DNA of 64,000 nt from Clostridium sp. UBA4108 (GCA_002381695.1 DFXM01000001.1:40809-104808), one strand, 5' to 3'. Positions 18,168 through 29,204 are shown, counted from the stretch's first letter. The notes: generated by a model not told the origin, from the sequence alone. Made by a program: numbers and translations.

Positions 18168-18824
18168 ATGAAAAAATTTTGGAAAAAATATAAGAAAAAT
18201 TATGTTATATTAACGTTAATAGGTATATTTATCTTTGTAATTAGTTATACTTTTAGTATAAGGATTATAAAAGATAAAGAATTGTTTGGAGAAAGTATAT
18301 TTGAGAAAACTCAAGAAACTCTTAATTTTAAAATGTCGGATACAGTTTTTAGTGAAAATACTAAAGTGAAATTTTATTTAAAATACAATAACTGCTTAGA
18401 TTCTATTGAAGCTAATGAAAGTTTAGATAAAGGAATAAGAGCGGAAAAAAATAAGCTTATAGGGCTTTCAGGACAAGAATTAGAAAGTATATTTTCAAAC
18501 TTTGGATATAAGTTAGATAGGTTAACTAAAGAGGAAGCTGTATTTACAAAAAATATAAATGTATATGACTATGATACAGATTCATATTTTATAGGAATAA
18601 AGGGAGACTATGTAGTTATCTATAAAAAAGAAAACAGCAGCTCTATAAGAGTAGTAGAGGACGGAGTTATTAATCCAAAATCTGAAAACAGTTCACGTAT
18701 AACTATTAAGGACATAGAGAACAGAGGTAATTTTTTAAAAACTTTATATGAAGGAAATAAAGATTATCAGTTTTCAAATATACAAGATGCTGTGGAGTAT
18801 GCTAAAGCTCTTTGTAGCACATAG
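18168..18824 (+). CDS. membrane-anchored hypothetical protein, possibly BofC C-terminal domain-like
   Basis: Basic N-terminus plus TM; YFIGIKGDYVVIY block; sits immediately upstream of ruvA, as bofC does in Bacillus. Confidence 0.65.
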   Translation: MKKFWKKYKKNYVILTLIGIFIFVISYTFSIRIIKDKELFGESIFEKTQETLNFKMSDTVFSENTKVKFYLKYNNCLDSIEANESLDKGIRAEKNKLIGLSGQELESIFSNFGYKLDRLTKEEAVFTKNINVYDYDTDSYFIGIKGDYVVIYKKENSSSIRVVEDGVINPKSENSSRITIKDIENRGNFLKTLYEGNKDYQFSNIQDAVEYAKALCST

Positions 18825-18825
18825 G

Positions 18826-18861
18826 AAAAACTTAAGGATTTCAACATCCTTAAGTTTTTTT
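18826..18861 (+). terminator. intrinsic terminator
   Basis: AAAAACTTAAGGAT...ATCCTTAAGTTTTTTT. Confidence 0.8.
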
Positions 18862-18930
18862 ATTGAATTGTTATATCATAGATGGTAAAGTATAATATAG
18901 TTGTAAAAAAAATTAATAGGTGATTTTAAT

Positions 18931-19524
18931 ATGTATGATTATATAAAAGGATATTTTATATCTATAGAAAAAGAATATGTTGTAGTAGAATGCGGTGACA
19001 TAGGGTATAGGATTTTTACATCTGGAAGTACTATTTCCAATATGCCAAGTAATGGCGAAAAGGTTAAATTATTTATTCAACAAGTAGTAAGAGAAGATTT
19101 TCTAGGGTTATATGGATTTTTAACAAGAGAAGAACTTGAAATGTTTAACCTACTTATATCTATAAATGGAGTAGGTCCTAAGGCGGCTTTATCTCTTATG
19201 TCTATTTGTAATATGATAAATCTTAGATATGCAATTATAACTGGAGATGAAAAAACTATTACTAAGGCTCCAGGGATTGGAAAGAAAATTGCTCAAAGAA
19301 TAATATTAGAGCTTAAGGATAAAATTACAGCAGAAGGACAATGGATACAAGAAGGCAAAATTCAGGTTGAGAAGAAACATAATGAAAAGCTATCTGAGGC
19401 TTTGGGTGCACTTATGTCATTAGGATACTCTGAAAAAGAAGCAGAGAAAGCTATAGAAGGCATTGATCATAATAGTAGTATAGAGGATATAATAAAAAAC
19501 TGTTTAAAGAATTTGATGAATTAA
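18931..19524 (+). CDS. ruvA: Holliday junction branch migration protein RuvA
   Basis: VRED, LYGF, INGVGPKAAL, PGIGKKIAQRIILELKDK, ALMSLGY. Confidence 0.97.
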   Translation: MYDYIKGYFISIEKEYVVVECGDIGYRIFTSGSTISNMPSNGEKVKLFIQQVVREDFLGLYGFLTREELEMFNLLISINGVGPKAALSLMSICNMINLRYAIITGDEKTITKAPGIGKKIAQRIILELKDKITAEGQWIQEGKIQVEKKHNEKLSEALGALMSLGYSEKEAEKAIEGIDHNSSIEDIIKNCLKNLMN

Positions 19525-19553
19525 AGTAAATTATAAGATTAAGGAGGGGTATT

Positions 19554-20567
19554 ATGGAAGATAGGGTTATCTCATCTAGTTTTAAGGAAGAGGATATAGA
19601 AGTAGAATATTCCTTAAGACCCCAAAAACTTAAGGAATATATAGGGCAATATAGAGTCAAAGAGAGATTGAGTATATTTTTAGAAGCAGCTAAAATGAGA
19701 AATGAAGCACTAGATCATGTATTATTATATGGTCCTCCAGGATTAGGAAAGACAACTTTAGCTAATATAATAGCTAAGGAGATGGGCGGAAGTTTAAAAA
19801 TAACTTCTGGGCCAGCCATAGAGAGAGCTGGAGATTTAGCAGCTATTCTTACTGGTTTAAATAATAATGATGTGCTTTTTATAGATGAAATACACAGATT
19901 AAGCAGAGCTGTTGAGGAAATTTTATATCCAGCTATGGAAGATTATGCTTTAGATATTGTTATTGGTAAAGGAGCATCAGCTAAATCCATTAGATTAGAT
20001 CTTCCTAAATTTACTTTAATAGGAGCTACTACTAGAGTAGGACTTTTAACGGCTCCACTTAGAGATAGATTTGGAGTATTATGTCCTATGGAATATTATA
20101 GTGATGAGGAATTAAAAGAAATTATAGTTCGCTCTGCACAGATATTAGGAGTAACAATTAATGATGAAGGAGCTATGTCTTTAGCTATGAGATCCAGAGG
20201 TACTCCAAGAATAGCTAATAGGTTATTAAAAAGAGTTAGAGATTATTCTATGGTAAAAGGAAATAGTATCATAGATAAAGAAGTAGTTCGTAGAGCCACA
20301 GATCTTTTAGAGATTGATAAAGTAGGTTTTGATAGAATAGATAAGAAAATTTTAGAGGGAATAATAGATAATTTTTCAGGAGGACCTGTAGGTATAGAAA
20401 CCTTAGCTTACTTTATAGGAGAAGAAGTAGGTTCTATAGAGGATGTTTATGAACCATATCTTATTCAAAAGGGATTCATAATTAGGACTCCGAGGGGAAG
20501 AATTGCATCTAGAAAAGCCTATGAACATTTAGGAAGAGCAGTTCCAGATAATATGAACTTTAATTAG
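19554..20567 (+). CDS. ruvB: Holliday junction DNA helicase RuvB
   Basis: [38 protein letters not shown]. Confidence 0.98.
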   Translation: MEDRVISSSFKEEDIEVEYSLRPQKLKEYIGQYRVKERLSIFLEAAKMRNEALDHVLLYGPPGLGKTTLANIIAKEMGGSLKITSGPAIERAGDLAAILTGLNNNDVLFIDEIHRLSRAVEEILYPAMEDYALDIVIGKGASAKSIRLDLPKFTLIGATTRVGLLTAPLRDRFGVLCPMEYYSDEELKEIIVRSAQILGVTINDEGAMSLAMRSRGTPRIANRLLKRVRDYSMVKGNSIIDKEVVRRATDLLEIDKVGFDRIDKKILEGIIDNFSGGPVGIETLAYFIGEEVGSIEDVYEPYLIQKGFIIRTPRGRIASRKAYEHLGRAVPDNMNFN

Positions 20568-20584
20568 AAGGAAGGGTGTAAGTT

Positions 20585-21610
20585 TTGAAAGTAAGGGATT
20601 TTTATTTTGATTTACCAAAGGAATTGATAGCACAGCATCCTTTAGAAAAAAGAGATGAATCTAAACTTATGGTTTTAGATAGGAAGACTGGAAACACTGA
20701 ACACAAAGTATTTAAAAATATAGTGGATTATTTAAATCCAGGAGACTGTTTAGTGTTAAATGACACGAGGGTTATGCCAGCTAGGCTATACGGAGCCAAA
20801 GAAGGCTCAGGTGGAAAAATGGAATTTCTGCTTTTAAGAAGAGAGTGTGAAGATGTATGGGAAACTCTTGTAAAGCCTGGAAAAAGAGCAAAAGTTGGAG
20901 CGGTTTTTGTGTTTGGAAACGGTGAATTAAAGGCTGAAGTTGTGGAAGTTTTAGAAAATGGAAATAGAAGAATAAAATTTTATTATGAAGGTATATTTGA
21001 ACAAGTTTTGGATAATCTAGGGGAGATGCCACTGCCACCATATATAGAAGAAAAATTAGAAGATAGGGAAAGATATCAAACAGTTTATTCTAAAGAGGTT
21101 GGTTCTGCAGCAGCACCAACAGCTGGGCTTCATTTTACAAAAGAGCTATTGCAAAATATAAAAGATAAGGGCGTTAATATAGCCTTTGTAACTCTTCATG
21201 TTGGATTAGGAACCTTTAGACCTGTTAAGGCTGAAAACATAGAAGAACATGAAATGCATTCGGAATATTACTATTTAAATAACAAAAATGCAGAAATCAT
21301 TAACCAGACAAAAGACAATGGAAAAAGAGTAATCGCAGTAGGGACTACATCGAATAGAACTCTTGAGAGCATAGCAAATGATAATGGAAGAGTAAAAGAG
21401 CAATCTGGATACACAGATATTTTTATATATCCAGGGTATGAATTTAAAATAGTAGATGCAATAATTACCAATTTCCATCTCCCAGAGTCAACTTTAATTA
21501 TGCTTATTAGTGCATTCTCAACAAGAGATATAGTTATGAATGCATATAAGGTAGCTGTAGAGAATAAATATAGATTCTTCAGCTTTGGAGATGCTATGTT
21601 TATAAAGTAA
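20585..21610 (+). CDS. queA: S-adenosylmethionine:tRNA ribosyltransferase-isomerase
   Basis: [48 protein letters not shown]. Confidence 0.98.
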   Translation: MKVRDFYFDLPKELIAQHPLEKRDESKLMVLDRKTGNTEHKVFKNIVDYLNPGDCLVLNDTRVMPARLYGAKEGSGGKMEFLLLRRECEDVWETLVKPGKRAKVGAVFVFGNGELKAEVVEVLENGNRRIKFYYEGIFEQVLDNLGEMPLPPYIEEKLEDRERYQTVYSKEVGSAAAPTAGLHFTKELLQNIKDKGVNIAFVTLHVGLGTFRPVKAENIEEHEMHSEYYYLNNKNAEIINQTKDNGKRVIAVGTTSNRTLESIANDNGRVKEQSGYTDIFIYPGYEFKIVDAIITNFHLPESTLIMLISAFSTRDIVMNAYKVAVENKYRFFSFGDAMFIK

Positions 21611-21634
21611 GTCTAACTGTATAAGAGGTGAATT

Positions 21635-22765
21635 ATGTATAAATTATTGAAAAAAAGTGGTAAAGTAAGAAGAGGTGAGTTTACAACAACTCATGGAGTG
21701 GTTCAAACTCCAGTATTTATGAATGTAGGAACTTTAGCAGCAATTAAGGGCGCAGTATCCTCTATGGATTTGAAGGAAATAGGATGTCAAGTGGAGCTTT
21801 CCAATACTTATCATCTTCATCTAAGACCAGGAGATGAAGTTGTTAAGAAATTAGGTGGATTACATAATTTTATGAATTGGGATAGACCTATACTTACTGA
21901 TTCGGGTGGATTTCAAGTATTTTCTCTTGCAAACATAAGGAAAATAAAGGAAGAAGGAGTATATTTCAGTTCTCATATAGATGGCAAAAAGATTTTTATG
22001 GGACCTGAAGAGAGTATGAAAATACAAAGCAACTTAGCATCCACTATTGCTATGGCTTTTGATGAGTGTATACCTAATCCTTCAACAAGAGAGTATGTTG
22101 AGCAGTCTGTAGCAAGAACCACTAGATGGCTAGAGAGATGTAAAACTGAAATGGATAGGCTAAATTCTCTTCCAGAGACAATAAATAAAAAGCAGATGTT
22201 ATTTGGAATAAATCAGGGTGGAGTTTATGAAGATATGAGAATAGCACATGCTAAAACCATAGCTAAAATGGATTTAGACGGATATGCTATAGGGGGATTA
22301 GCAGTAGGAGAAACTCATGAAGAAATGTATAGAGTAATAGATGCTGTTGTGCCACATCTTCCACAAGATAAACCGATATATCTTATGGGAGTGGGAACTC
22401 CTACAAATATTTTAGAGGCAGTTTCTAGAGGAGTAGACTTTTTTGATTGTGTTTTACCTGCAAGAAATGGAAGGCATGGACAGGTATTCACTAAGTATGG
22501 TAAAATAAATCTCATGAATGCTAAATTTGAGTTAGACAACATGCCTATAGATGAAGGATGTCAATGTCCGGCATGTAGACATTACACAAGGGCATATATA
22601 AGACATTTGTTTAAGGCTAAAGAAATGCTAGCCATGAGACTTTGCGTACTTCATAATTTATATTTTTATAATAAGCTTATGGAAGATATAAGAAATGCTA
22701 TTGATGCAGACTGTTTTGAGGAATTTAAAGCAGAAAAACTTGCGCAATGGAATGGAAAAGCTTAA
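21635..22765 (+). CDS. tgt: tRNA-guanine transglycosylase
   Basis: NTYHL, TDSGGFQVFSL, GGLAVGE, FDCVLPARNGRHG, CxCxxC zinc site. Confidence 0.98.
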   Translation: MYKLLKKSGKVRRGEFTTTHGVVQTPVFMNVGTLAAIKGAVSSMDLKEIGCQVELSNTYHLHLRPGDEVVKKLGGLHNFMNWDRPILTDSGGFQVFSLANIRKIKEEGVYFSSHIDGKKIFMGPEESMKIQSNLASTIAMAFDECIPNPSTREYVEQSVARTTRWLERCKTEMDRLNSLPETINKKQMLFGINQGGVYEDMRIAHAKTIAKMDLDGYAIGGLAVGETHEEMYRVIDAVVPHLPQDKPIYLMGVGTPTNILEAVSRGVDFFDCVLPARNGRHGQVFTKYGKINLMNAKFELDNMPIDEGCQCPACRHYTRAYIRHLFKAKEMLAMRLCVLHNLYFYNKLMEDIRNAIDADCFEEFKAEKLAQWNGKA

Positions 22766-22832
22766 GCTAGTATATAATGAATATATAATTTTTATATAGT
22801 ATAAAATTAAAACCTTTGAAAGGAGGGATATT

Positions 22833-23126
22833 ATGCAACAAATAATGGCATTTGCGCCAATGTTATTAGTATTTGTACTATTTTATCTTATGATTTTTTT
22901 ACCAGAAAAGAAAAGAAAGAAAAAATATAACGATATGCTAAGCTCATTAGCTGTTAATGATGAAATCATGACTAAAGGTGGTATAATGGGAAGAATAATT
23001 AATATTCAAGAAGATTACATTATACTAGAAAGCGGTCCAGATAGAGCTAGAATTAAAATGTCTAAAGCTGGAATTGCTAACGTTATAAACTCAGCGAATA
23101 TTAAAGAAGAAACAGCTGAAAATTAA
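22833..23126 (+). CDS. yajC: preprotein translocase subunit YajC
   Basis: N-terminal TM, PEKKRKK, DEIMTKGGIMG; follows tgt. Confidence 0.93.
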   Translation: MQQIMAFAPMLLVFVLFYLMIFLPEKKRKKKYNDMLSSLAVNDEIMTKGGIMGRIINIQEDYIILESGPDRARIKMSKAGIANVINSANIKEETAEN

Positions 23127-23177
23127 TAATAAATCCCCTCATATAAACATATTCATATAATAAAGGGGGGATTTAAA

Positions 23178-23546
23178 ATGTACAACAAATTTCAATATCC
23201 CTGTGTTATACAGGGAGTTATAAGAGCATCAATTTCAACAGTGTTATGTATAATAATCTATGCCATACTTATTTCATTTGTACCATTGGGAGATAAGGCT
23301 ACCTCTGTATTTATAGTGGTAGTTACCTTACTTAGTGTTATGTATGGATCAATCTATGCTACATTGAAGATGGGAAATAAAGGATGGTTGGTAGGATTAT
23401 TAGTTGCACTTTTTTATATGTTGATATTATATATAGTATCAATAATATGTGGAAAGGGCTTTGCTATTGATATAAAAGATTTTGTTAGGTTTTCACTGGC
23501 ATTGATTGTGGGTACACTATCAGGAATGCTAGGAATTAATCTATAG
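23178..23546 (+). CDS. small membrane protein (TIGR04086-like, SCIFF-locus neighbour)
   Basis: Four hydrophobic segments, KGWLVG, C-terminal GMLGINL; lies between yajC and scfA. Confidence 0.8.
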   Translation: MYNKFQYPCVIQGVIRASISTVLCIIIYAILISFVPLGDKATSVFIVVVTLLSVMYGSIYATLKMGNKGWLVGLLVALFYMLILYIVSIICGKGFAIDIKDFVRFSLALIVGTLSGMLGINL

Positions 23547-23593
23547 ATTTGTGTTAAATTATGCTAAAAAACATATATGGAGGTAATTAAACT

Positions 23594-23731
23594 ATGAAAC
23601 ACATTAAAACAATAAACAAATCAAACATAAAGGAAAGTTTAAAGAAACCAGGATGTAAAGAGTGTGCTAACTCTTGCCAATCAGCTTGTAAGACTTCTTG
23701 TACAGTAGCTAACTTAGAGTGTGAAAACTAA
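23594..23731 (+). CDS. scfA: SCIFF (six cysteines in forty-five residues) ranthipeptide precursor
   Basis: Not in the ORF track. GGAGGT RBS then MKHIKTINKSNIKESLKKPGCKECANSCQSACKTSCTVANLECEN*: 45 aa, 6 Cys, SCQSACKTSC signature. Confidence 0.97.
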   Translation: MKHIKTINKSNIKESLKKPGCKECANSCQSACKTSCTVANLECEN

Positions 23732-23740
23732 TTATAGTTT

Positions 23741-23770
23741 TAAAGGCAGTAACTAAAGGTTACTGCTTTA
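23741..23770 (+). terminator. hairpin between scfA and scfB (partial terminator or mRNA stabiliser)
   Basis: TAAAGGCAGTAAC-TAAAG-GTTACTGCTTTA. Confidence 0.6.
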
Positions 23771-23792
23771 TATTTAATTGGAGGATAAAAAA

Positions 23793-25154
23793 TTGGAATT
23801 AATTCATAAGTTTAAACAAGGTAATGATTTTTATGTAATAGATGTAAATTCAGGGGCAGTTCATGAAGTAGATGAAATTGTATATGATTTATTAGATTCA
23901 GATAAATTAAGAGATAATAAAGAACTAAAAGAAATTTTTAAAGAAAAGTACTCAAGTGAAGAAATAGATGAAGTTTATGAAGAATTAAAAAGCCTAGTAA
24001 ATGATGAAATATTATATTCTAAAGATTTGTATGAAAACATAGCTATGATGAGTGGTAAAGCTGAGGTAGCAATTAAGGCTCTTTGCTTGAACATAATTCA
24101 TGATTGTAATTTAAAATGTAAATATTGCTTTGCAGATGAAGGTGAATACAAAGGCTGTAGAAAAACTATGAGCGCTAAAGTAGGAAAAGATGCTATAGAT
24201 TTTGTAATTAAAAACTCTGGAAAGAGAAGAAATATAGAAGTTGATTTATTTGGCGGAGAGCCTCTTATGGCCTTTGATACTATAAAAGAAATTGTAGATT
24301 ATGCAAGAGAACAGGAAAAGATCCACAATAAAGTTATTAGATTTACTATGACTACCAATGCTACTTTATTAAATGATGAAATAATGGAGTATCTAGATAA
24401 AAATATGGGAAATATCATATTGAGTATAGATGGAAGAAAAGAAATAAACGATAAAGTAAGAATTAGAGTAGATGGTAGTGGTTCTTATGATAGGATACTT
24501 CCAAATATTAAAAAAATGGTAGAAATAAGGGACAAATCAAAAACTTATTATGTAAGAGGTACTTTTACAAGAGAGAATACGGACTTTTTTCAAGATGTAA
24601 AACATATGGCGGATTTAGGTTTTGATGAGATATCCATAGAACCTGTAGTTCTACCAGATAATCATGAATTATCCTTGAGAGAAGAAGACTTACCTACTAT
24701 ATTTAGTCAGTACGACTTATTATATGAAGATATGATTAGAAGACATAACGAAGGTAAGCCAATTAAGTTTTATCATTTTAACATTGACTTACAAGGTGGA
24801 CCATGTATATATAAAAGAATTTCAGGATGTGGAGCAGGCCATGAGTATGTAGCTGTTACTCCAGATGGAGAGTTGTATCCTTGTCATCAGTTTGTTGGGA
24901 ACAAAGACTTCCTTATGGGAGATATATATGATGGAGTTAAAAAGTACAATATAGTTCAAGAACTTAAAGATGCTCATATATATAACAAGCCAACATGTAA
25001 AAAATGTTGGGCTAGATTCTACTGTAGTGGAGGATGCCAAGCTAATAATTTCAACTTTAATGGTGATATGCATATACCTTATGAAATAGGCTGTAAAATG
25101 CAAAAAAAGAGAATTGAATGTGCAATTGCACTAAAGGCGAAAACTATGAAATAA
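23793..25154 (+). CDS. scfB: SCIFF maturase, radical SAM/SPASM thioether-forming enzyme
   Basis: CNLKCKYC radical SAM motif; SPASM GCGAG..YPCHQF..CKKC...CSGGC; TTG start after GGAGG; follows scfA. Confidence 0.95.
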   Translation: MELIHKFKQGNDFYVIDVNSGAVHEVDEIVYDLLDSDKLRDNKELKEIFKEKYSSEEIDEVYEELKSLVNDEILYSKDLYENIAMMSGKAEVAIKALCLNIIHDCNLKCKYCFADEGEYKGCRKTMSAKVGKDAIDFVIKNSGKRRNIEVDLFGGEPLMAFDTIKEIVDYAREQEKIHNKVIRFTMTTNATLLNDEIMEYLDKNMGNIILSIDGRKEINDKVRIRVDGSGSYDRILPNIKKMVEIRDKSKTYYVRGTFTRENTDFFQDVKHMADLGFDEISIEPVVLPDNHELSLREEDLPTIFSQYDLLYEDMIRRHNEGKPIKFYHFNIDLQGGPCIYKRISGCGAGHEYVAVTPDGELYPCHQFVGNKDFLMGDIYDGVKKYNIVQELKDAHIYNKPTCKKCWARFYCSGGCQANNFNFNGDMHIPYEIGCKMQKKRIECAIALKAKTMK

Positions 25155-25170
25155 CTAATTATAGATAATA

Positions 25171-25199
25171 TTGACTATTTTTTACTGAGGATTTATAAT
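25171..25199 (+). promoter_or_regulatory. sigma A promoter for secDF
   Basis: TTGACT-N17-TATAAT. Confidence 0.65.
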
Positions 25200-25352
25200 T
25201 TACACTATAAGTGGAACTTTTTAGGTGAAGTTTTAACTTCACCTAAAGTATATGAGAAATTATCATAGTTTATGCCATAATAATTTAAAAAATAATTGTG
25301 GAAAATAAATAGTTGATAAATTTACTTTAGAGTAGAGTGAAAGGGGATAACT

Positions 25353-26606
25353 ATGAAAAAAAAGACAAAGAGTGGAATTTATTTACTTGTTACTATTCTG
25401 CTAATTGCCCTATTAGCTTATTTAGGACTTTTTGGAGTAGAGCTTGGGAGTTATAGGATAAAATCTTTTGGAGCTACTATTGATAAAGGTCTTGACTTAG
25501 TTGGTGGAACTTCATTACTTATGGAAATTAAAGATGAAAATGTAGACACTTCAGTTATCAACAGAACTATTCAGTTAATTTCTATGAGATTAGATAAGGA
25601 TGGAGTAAAAGAAATTCCAGTTACCAAAGAAGGTAGTAATAGGATAAGAATTGAAATTCCCGGAGAGTTTGACACTGATAATGTATTATCAACTATAGGT
25701 AAGACTGGAGAATTGATTTTTGAAGATCCAGAAGGAAATACAGTTCTTACTGGTAAAGATGTAAAAGAAGCTAGTTCATACATGACTCAGGATGGGAAAT
25801 ATGTAGTTAGTTTAAAAATGAATGAGGATGGAAGTAAAAAATTTGCAGAGGCTACCTCTAAATTTTTAGGAAAACAAATCACTATAAAAATGGATAATGA
25901 GATATTAACAAGTCCAACAGTGAATTCTGTTATTAATAATGGAGAAGCTGTAATTGAGGGAATGAGTAGTTCAGATGAAGCAAATTCTATAGCTAATATA
26001 ATTCAGTCAGGAGCCCTTCCTGTTACAATAGAGCCAGTATCCGTAAAAACTGTAGGTCCTACAATTGGAATGGAGGCCCTGAATCTTAGCCAGAAAGCAG
26101 CGGTTATTGGTATGTTATGTATTGTGGTATTTATGATTTCTTATTATAGATTACCAGGAGTGGTAGCATCAATAGCATTAGTTGCTTATGGAGTTATACT
26201 ATTATTTGTTTTTGCTGAATTTAAAGTAGTTTTAAGTCTTTCAGGTATAGCTGGATTAATTCTGACTATAGGTATGGCAGTGGATGCTAATGTACTTATA
26301 TTTGAGAGAACTAGAGAAGAGTTAAGAATTGGTAAATCTATAAAAAGTGCAGTTGTTGCAGGGTTTGATAGAGCATTAAGTTCCATTCTTGATTCTAATA
26401 TCACAACTATGATAGCAGGAATTATTTTATACTTTTTTGGTTCAGGAACAGTAAAGGGGTTTGCAACTACCCTAATGATAGGTATAGCAATAAGTATTTT
26501 TACAGCGCTTACATTAACTAAAATGTTACTTACTTGGTCAGTTGATGCTGGTATAATCAACAAACCATCTCATTTTGGGGTGAAAGGAGTTGGAAACCAT
26601 GAATAA
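25353..26606 (+). CDS. secD: protein translocase subunit SecD
   Basis: GLDLVGG, SGALP, IGMAVDANVLIFER, ILDSNITT, GTVKGFA. Confidence 0.96.
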   Translation: MKKKTKSGIYLLVTILLIALLAYLGLFGVELGSYRIKSFGATIDKGLDLVGGTSLLMEIKDENVDTSVINRTIQLISMRLDKDGVKEIPVTKEGSNRIRIEIPGEFDTDNVLSTIGKTGELIFEDPEGNTVLTGKDVKEASSYMTQDGKYVVSLKMNEDGSKKFAEATSKFLGKQITIKMDNEILTSPTVNSVINNGEAVIEGMSSSDEANSIANIIQSGALPVTIEPVSVKTVGPTIGMEALNLSQKAAVIGMLCIVVFMISYYRLPGVVASIALVAYGVILLFVFAEFKVVLSLSGIAGLILTIGMAVDANVLIFERTREELRIGKSIKSAVVAGFDRALSSILDSNITTMIAGIILYFFGSGTVKGFATTLMIGIAISIFTALTLTKMLLTWSVDAGIINKPSHFGVKGVGNHE

Positions 26607-27483
26607 CATTGTAGGTAAGAAGAAAATCTGGTTTTCTATATCTGGAATAGTAATGGCTATTGGATTAGTATTTTTATTCATGAATGGGCTTAATTATGGA
26701 ATAGATTTTCAAGGTGGAACTAAAATAACTATAAATATAAATAAGGATTTTAAAAAATCAGATGTAGATGTCATAGTAGATAAGTATGCTAAGGAAAGAT
26801 ATTCTACTAAAAAAGCTAACGAAGATAAAGAAATTGAAATTATAGTGCAAGAAGGTATACTTAATGATGAGCAAATAAATTCTTTGGTAAATGAGATACA
26901 GGAAAAATACTCATTAGAGAAAACTTCTCTAATTGGAACAGAGAATATCGGAGCAACTGTAGGTAAAGAATTAAAACAGAAAGCCATAATAGGCTTAGTA
27001 TTATCTGCATTAGGTATATTAATTTATGTAACTATAAGATTTGAATTTAATTTTGCAGTAGCAGCCATTATAGCATTAACTCATGATGTAATACTTACAG
27101 TATTATTTTATTCCGTATTTGGAATTCAAGTTAACACCCCATTTATAGCAGCTATTCTTACTATTGCCGGGTATTCTATTAATGACACCATAGTTATATT
27201 TGATAGAATAAGAGAAAATCAAAAGAAAAATAGGAGGCAATCACCAGAAGAGGTGGCTAATGAAAGCGTAGTACAAACATTGTCAAGAAGTATAAATACA
27301 ACAATAACAACATTAATTACAATAGTGAGTGTATATATATTCGTACCCTCCATTCGAGAATTTTCACTTCCACTGATAGTTGGAATTGTTACAGGAGCAT
27401 ATTCTTCAATATTTATAGCTAGTCCTATTTGGGTAATAATGAAAAAGAGAAAAGGCAAAAATAAAAAGGCAGTAACTGCGTAA
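26599..27483 (+). CDS. secF: protein translocase subunit SecF
   Basis: GLNYGIDFQGGT, ALTHDV, GYSINDTIVIFDRIRE, RSINT, GAYSSIFIA. Confidence 0.96.
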   Translation: MNNIVGKKKIWFSISGIVMAIGLVFLFMNGLNYGIDFQGGTKITININKDFKKSDVDVIVDKYAKERYSTKKANEDKEIEIIVQEGILNDEQINSLVNEIQEKYSLEKTSLIGTENIGATVGKELKQKAIIGLVLSALGILIYVTIRFEFNFAVAAIIALTHDVILTVLFYSVFGIQVNTPFIAAILTIAGYSINDTIVIFDRIRENQKKNRRQSPEEVANESVVQTLSRSINTTITTLITIVSVYIFVPSIREFSLPLIVGIVTGAYSSIFIASPIWVIMKKRKGKNKKAVTA

Positions 27484-27600
27484 TATTTAAAAAAGTAGAA
27501 AATTTTTAAAATGTTTTCTACTTTTTTTTCGAAAATGTTTGTAAAATGTAGGTTTTTAAATTATAATATATGTGTTTTCTAATTATTTGGAGGAGAGCTC

Positions 27601-28461
27601 ATGGAAGATAATTTAAACGTAAATATAAACTTGGATATATATAAATCATTTAATATTAGAAATATAAAATGTGGATTAAATAGGATAATAGAAGCTGTCA
27701 ATGAAAGAAAAAAAATAGTATTATATGGGTATTATGATTTTGATACTATATGTGCTTTATCCATATTTATCTTAGTATTAAGATATCTTAATAGTGATGT
27801 GGAGTATTTTATACCCAGTGAATATAGAGATGTAAATGATAGAACTTTAAATGTGAATGATATAAGTGATCATATAAAATACTTAGGGACTAATCTTATT
27901 ATAACTTTAGGATGTAGGGTAACTGAGGAAGAATTAGAATTTTCTAGGAAAAACAATATTGATGTAATAGTTATTGATAATCATGTTTCGAGTGTACAAC
28001 CATCTAATGGAATTCTTATAAATCCTAATCAAGAACAGTGTGATTATGAATTTAAAGATTTAACTATATCAGCATTGACTTATAAGGTGGTTGAAGTTAT
28101 ATCTTCTTATTATAAAATGAAATGTAAAGATAAATATTTAGATTTAGTTATGATAGGTATACTTACCTCTGGATGTAAAATTGAAGGTGAAAATAAGTAT
28201 ATGGTTGAAGAGGGACTTAGAAAGCTTAATTCAACTAATAATTATGGATTGCTTGCACTATTAGAAGAACATAAAAATTCATATAAGCATATTGATTTTT
28301 ATGATAATGGAATTAAATTATTACCTAATATGATTTCAAATCAAAGGTTGGATAATTCAAAAATAATTGTGGAACTTTTGACAACTAATAATAGTTATAG
28401 AGCAACGCAAATAGCTAAATACTTATATATGGAACTGCTCCGGAACATGGGGGAGATTTAG
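27601..28461 (+). CDS. truncated RecJ-like DHH-family protein with degenerate catalytic motifs
   Basis: Occupies the recJ position (secDF-X-apt-rel). RecJ-like blocks [26 protein letters not shown] and GEN..VEEGL, but only 286 aa and the DHH motif reads DNH. Confidence 0.8.
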   Translation: MEDNLNVNINLDIYKSFNIRNIKCGLNRIIEAVNERKKIVLYGYYDFDTICALSIFILVLRYLNSDVEYFIPSEYRDVNDRTLNVNDISDHIKYLGTNLIITLGCRVTEEELEFSRKNNIDVIVIDNHVSSVQPSNGILINPNQEQCDYEFKDLTISALTYKVVEVISSYYKMKCKDKYLDLVMIGILTSGCKIEGENKYMVEEGLRKLNSTNNYGLLALLEEHKNSYKHIDFYDNGIKLLPNMISNQRLDNSKIIVELLTTNNSYRATQIAKYLYMELLRNMGEI

Positions 28462-28573
28462 TATATTAAATATTATATTATCCATCTTCTTGCATAAATC
28501 TGAGATAGTGATATATAATATTAATTATTACCAGTTAGTAAATTTAGAAATAAATATGGTAGGGGGAAGTAAT

Positions 28574-29092
28574 ATGGACCTAAAGGAACATATAAGAATT
28601 ATTGATGGATTTCCAAAAGAAGGAATAAGTTTCAAGGATATAACAACATTACTACAAGATGGAGAAACTTTAAAATGTACAATAGATTCCATAGTAGATA
28701 ATTTAAAGGATAAAAATGTAGACGTAATTGTAGGACCAGAAGCAAGAGGATTCTTGTTTGGAGTGCCTGTAGCTTATGCATTAGGTTCTGGCTTTGTTCC
28801 AGTGAGAAAGCCGGGAAAATTACCTTTTGACACTATTAAGGTTTCTTATGATTTAGAATATGGTAGTGATGAGTTAGAAATTCATAAGGATGCAATAAAG
28901 CCTGGTCAGAGAGTTGCTATCGTAGATGATTTATTGGCTACAGGCGGAACAGTTTCTGCTGTTGCAAAACTGATAGAACAAGCTGGTGGAGAAGTTGTGT
29001 CTTTAAATTTTGTTATCGAACTAACAGAGTTAAATGGAAGAGGAAAATTACCAGGATATAATGTAACCTCATTAGTAAATTATGATATTTAA
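28574..29092 (+). CDS. apt: adenine phosphoribosyltransferase
   Basis: [37 protein letters not shown] 28574 after AGGGGG. Confidence 0.97.
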   Translation: MDLKEHIRIIDGFPKEGISFKDITTLLQDGETLKCTIDSIVDNLKDKNVDVIVGPEARGFLFGVPVAYALGSGFVPVRKPGKLPFDTIKVSYDLEYGSDELEIHKDAIKPGQRVAIVDDLLATGGTVSAVAKLIEQAGGEVVSLNFVIELTELNGRGKLPGYNVTSLVNYDI

Positions 29093-29114
29093 GTAAAAAT
29101 ATTTTGAACACAAA

Positions 29115-29143
29115 TTGAAATAATTTAGGTTGTAGTATATAAT
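29115..29143 (+). promoter_or_regulatory. sigma A promoter upstream of rel
   Basis: TTGAAA-N17-TATAAT. Confidence 0.6.
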
Positions 29144-29204
29144 ATAATATAGCAAAAATAGTGGCTGGTTCTATAACCAGCCTTTAGTTTTAGGAGTGAA
29201 TCCC

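Noticed and set aside
18825..18930. Absence of ruvC before ruvA
   Set aside because: Ordinary in many Firmicutes, which use other resolvases such as RecU.
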